DNA of 63,924 nt, filler included, from Vicugna vicugna (Eukaryota): assembly GCA_013265495.1 (NCBI GenBank). It is 74 parts of 71 records of this genome, joined end to end, with 100 filler letters (N's around TTAATTAATTAA, not from the genome) between each part and the next. Parts side by side here need not be neighbours in the genome. Positions count along the whole stretch, not along the records: positions 60,697 to 61,806 come from MU062093.1; positions 61,907 to 62,615 come from PNXW01022362.1; positions 62,716 to 63,480 come from MU062096.1; positions 63,581 to 63,771 come from MU062124.1; positions 63,872 to 63,924 come from MU062226.1; 69 more parts are not named here. One strand, given 5' to 3'. The translations under genes were made by a program, and so were the position numbers. This document shows, piece after piece, positions 60,697-63,924 of the stretch. The notes below the pieces were generated by a model. The model had not been told where the DNA came from and ran no database searches. It saw only the letters and a list, made by a program, of their open reading frames with translations. Each line of letters opens with the position of its first letter. Position 1 is the stretch's first letter.

Positions 60697-61680
60697 AATT
60701 GTGCATCGCAGTCAATCTTAGAACATTTTCATCTCCCCAACTGGAAGCCCTGTATGCATAAGCAGTCATTCCCATCTTCCCATCCTCCCCCAGCCCCAAG
60801 GAGCCACTCTTCTCTCTCTGTGGGTTTGCCTGAGCTGGACATTTCATGTAAATCGAGTCACTTCTTGTAAGTGGAGCCGTCTATTGTGACTGACTTCTTT
60901 CACACTGAGTAGCGTTTTCAATGTTTGTCCAGGTTGTGGCCTGGGTCAGTGCTCTATGCTTTGCTTTNNNNNNNNNNNNNNNNNNNNNNNNNNNNNNNNN
61001 NNNNNNNNNNNNNNNNNNNNNNNNNNNNNNNNNNNNNNNNNNNNNNNNNNNNNNNNNNNNNNNNNNNNNNNNNNNNNNNNNNNNNNNNNNNNNNNNNNNN
61101 NNNNNNNNNNNNNNNNNNNNNNNNNNNNNNNNNNNNNNNNNNNNNNNNNNNNNNNNNNNNNNNNNNNNNNNNNNNNNNNNNNNNNNNNNNNNNNNNNNNN
61201 NNNNNNNNNNNNNNNNNNNNNNNNNNNNNNNNNNNNNNNNNNNNNNNNNNNNNNNNNNNNNNNNNNNNNNNNNNNNNNNNNNNNNNNNNNNNNNNNNNNN
61301 NNNNNNNNNNNNNNNNNNNNNNNNNNNNNNNNNNNNNNNNNNNNNNNNNNNNNNNNNNNNNNNNNNNNNNNNNNNNNNNATATTGAATATCATTGTGCTT
61401 ATTGAACATTTGTATATTTTCCTTGAAAAATACCTTTTCAGATCCTTTATTCACCTTTGAATTGAGTTGCCTTCTTAGTGTTGAGTTGTAGGAGTTTTTT
61501 TTTTTCTTACACTTGGAGATACAAATTCCTAATCAGATAAATGATTTGAAATAATTTTCTCCTGTGTGTTGTTTTTTCACTTTCTGGATGGTGCCCTTTG
61601 AAGCAAAGTTCTAAATTTTGATGAACTCCAATTTATCTCTGTTTTCTTTGTTCCTTGTGCTTTTGGGGTATTATTTAAAA
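60697..61680 (-). mobile_element. Old LINE-1 (L1M-type) 3' region
   Basis: ttagaacattttcatctcccc...ctggacatttcatgtaaat...; gaagcaaagttctaaattttgatgaa.tccaattt. Confidence 0.85.
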
Positions 61681-61906
61681 TCTGAGTTATTTTATTTAAA
61701 CTTGTATATCTAAAATGAGTTAATTCGTAGGACCGTTCTAGGAGATGGGTGTGGTTGTTCCCCCCAGTCTATGGATAGAAGACTGAGATGCAGAAAATTT
61801 CACTGANNNNNNNNNNNNNNNNNNNNNNNNNNNNNNNNNNNNNNNNNNNNTTAATTAATTAANNNNNNNNNNNNNNNNNNNNNNNNNNNNNNNNNNNNNN
61901 NNNNNN

Positions 61907-62615
61907 AAAGCGTAAACTGTCTCATATTTACTATCACACAAAATAACAGAAGAAAACTAAATAAATACAGTAGAAAAATATGAATCTGTAGGCAAAATTG
62001 ACCTGTAAAAATAAATGGGATTATTCCAACAATGCAAATTAGTTTGCCTGTATACAATAAATTAATGTAGTATGGCACATTAATAGATTACAAAACTACA
62101 AGGGGAAAAGCAATTGATCATTTCAGAAGATGCAGAGAAAGTACGTGATTAAAGTCCAATAATATTCCTAATAAAAAGCTCTTAGAAAACAAGAAATGAA
62201 AAAACTTCTTTATTCTGACAAAGAATATCTGGGAAAAAAAAACACCCAAAGTAAACTATTGTGATTAATACAAAAAAGGTAAAAACATTAAATTCAAAAT
62301 TAGAAACAAGGTAACAATATCCTCTATGACCTCTTCCATTCATCATTGTAAGGGAGGTACTTAAGAAAGAACTTAGTAAGAAACAGAATCAAATGTATTA
62401 TTTACTAGAATCTGAAAGAAATAATCTAAACTGTTTACGTTAAAAAAATAGATATAAAAGAGTAGTTTTCAGGGACTAAATATCAGGTGTATTTCTATGC
62501 CTAGAAACAAAATGTTAGAAATACAATAAACAGATATAATTTTAACCACAGAAAATATGAAGAAAAGAATTTCACCAAATAAAAGTCTTGTGAGCCATCA
62601 GAAAAAAAATATGAC
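61907..62615 (+). mobile_element. Highly decayed LINE-1 ORF2 RT region
   Basis: gatcatttca..agatgcagagaaag (ISIDAEKA-like), gaaacaagg...ttcatcattgta..ggaggtact. Confidence 0.7.
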
Positions 62616-62715
62616 NNNNNNNNNNNNNNNNNNNNNNNNNNNNNNNNNNNNNNNNNNNNTTAATTAATTAANNNNNNNNNNNNNNNNNNNNNNNNNNNNN
62701 NNNNNNNNNNNNNNN

Positions 62716-63480
62716 ACGCTCAGGATTCCGGAAAAATTGTCAGTGCTTGTGGGAGCCTGAGAGAAAACTCCACGCATCTCCCTTCATTCACAGGAGTTCC
62801 CTGTTCGGGGAAGTCCGGGAAATAATTTCCCTGAAGTTGGAGAGGCAGCGTCTGTCACTGGGATAACCTGCAAACACCTCTAGCATTCCCTGGCACAGAG
62901 ACATTAGGAAAATCCTCAGGGGAGACGAGCTTAGGCATTCCGTTAGAACCCACGCGCTGCCGACCGTTGATGGAATCTCCCCACGCTCAGGATTCCGGAA
63001 CCATTGTCAGTGCGTGTTGAAGCTCGAGAGGCAACTCCACGCAGCTCTCTTCAGTCACAGGTGTTCCCTGTTCGGGGAAGTCCGGGAAACACCTTCCCTG
63101 AACTTGGGGAGGCAGCGTATGTCACTGGGATATCCTGCAAAACACCCTACCATTCCCTGGCACAGAGACATTAGGAAAACGCTCAGGGGAGGCGAGCCTA
63201 GGCATTCCNNNNNNNNNNNNNNNNNNNNNNNNNNNNNNNNNNNNNNNNNNNNNNNNNNNNNNNNNNNNNNNNNNNNNNNNNNNNNNNNNNNNNNNNNNNN
63301 NNTCCACGAAGCTCAGTCACAGGTGTTCCCTGTTCGAGGAAGTCCGAAAAATACCTTCCCTGACTTTGGGGATGCAGCCTCGGTCACTGGGATATCCTGT
63401 AATCACTCCTAGAATTCCCAGGCACAGAAACATTTGGAAAACCCTCAGGAGAGACGAGCTTAAGCATTCCGTTAGAACCC
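62716..63480 (-). repeat. Sat-A, reverse orientation
   Basis: acgctcaggattccggaa at 62716 and 62983 (267 bp apart). Confidence 0.97.
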
Positions 63481-63580
63481 NNNNNNNNNNNNNNNNNNNN
63501 NNNNNNNNNNNNNNNNNNNNNNNNTTAATTAATTAANNNNNNNNNNNNNNNNNNNNNNNNNNNNNNNNNNNNNNNNNNNN

Positions 63581-63771
63581 TAAATAAGTTCAGCTGTCTC
63601 ATTTTCTTTTTAGATTCCACATTCAAGTGATGTCATGGGATATTTGTCTTTCTCTGTCTGACTTACTTCACTTACTATGACAATCTCTAGGTCCATCAAT
63701 GATGCGACAAATGGCATTATTTAAAAATTTTTATGGCTGAGTAGTATTCCATTGTGTATATATGCCACATT
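63581..63771 (-). mobile_element. LINE-1 3' end fragment
   Basis: ttagattccaca...tttgtctttctctgtctgacttacttcactta...tatggctgagtagtattccattgtgtata. Confidence 0.92.
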
Positions 63772-63871
63772 NNNNNNNNNNNNNNNNNNNNNNNNNNNNN
63801 NNNNNNNNNNNNNNNTTAATTAATTAANNNNNNNNNNNNNNNNNNNNNNNNNNNNNNNNNNNNNNNNNNNN

Positions 63872-63924
63872 AATACTATATTCTATAAACTTTATTCTAT
63901 ATTCTATATTCTGTATTCTGCAAT
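63872..63924 (+). repeat. AT-rich heptamer satellite (truncated by window end)
   Basis: tattctatattctgtattctgc. Confidence 0.8.

Noticed and set aside
884..63871. Regularly recurring TTAATTAATTAA between variable sequences, superficially like a CRISPR or cassette array
   Set aside because: It is always centred in an N-padded 100-bp block and is a six-frame-stop scaffold linker added during assembly processing.

Overview
This is not a contiguous locus. It is an artificial concatenation of about 74 short (0.1-1.8 kb), gap-containing unplaced scaffolds from a mammalian assembly, joined by a 100-bp linker (N44-TTAATTAATTAA-N44). Adjacency across a linker has no biological meaning. Degenerate tRNA-derived SINEs resembling the camelid Vic-1 family and the L1 types point to a camelid such as alpaca (inference). 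Most of the window is tandem repeat: a 267-bp GC-rich satellite (Sat-A), a diverged multimeric relative of it (Sat-B), a ~249-bp satellite (Sat-D), a ~745-bp trimer of ~249-bp subunits homologous to Sat-D (Sat-C), an AT-rich heptamer satellite, 39-, ~62- and 64-bp minisatellites, and a variant telomere array with its junction. These family names are my own labels. The rest is LINE-1 fragments (5'UTR, ORF1, ORF2, 3' end), ERV1-type LTRs, MIR/L2/SINE relics and a few CpG-rich promoter-like pieces. The only recognisable gene-derived sequence is a disabled copy of the first coding exon of TRAPPC9. I see no intact protein-coding gene, CRISPR array or new enzymatic system. The best leads are the satellite relationships (two monomer/higher-order pairs), the satellite junctions, the telomere variant and the TRAPPC9 exon duplicate.
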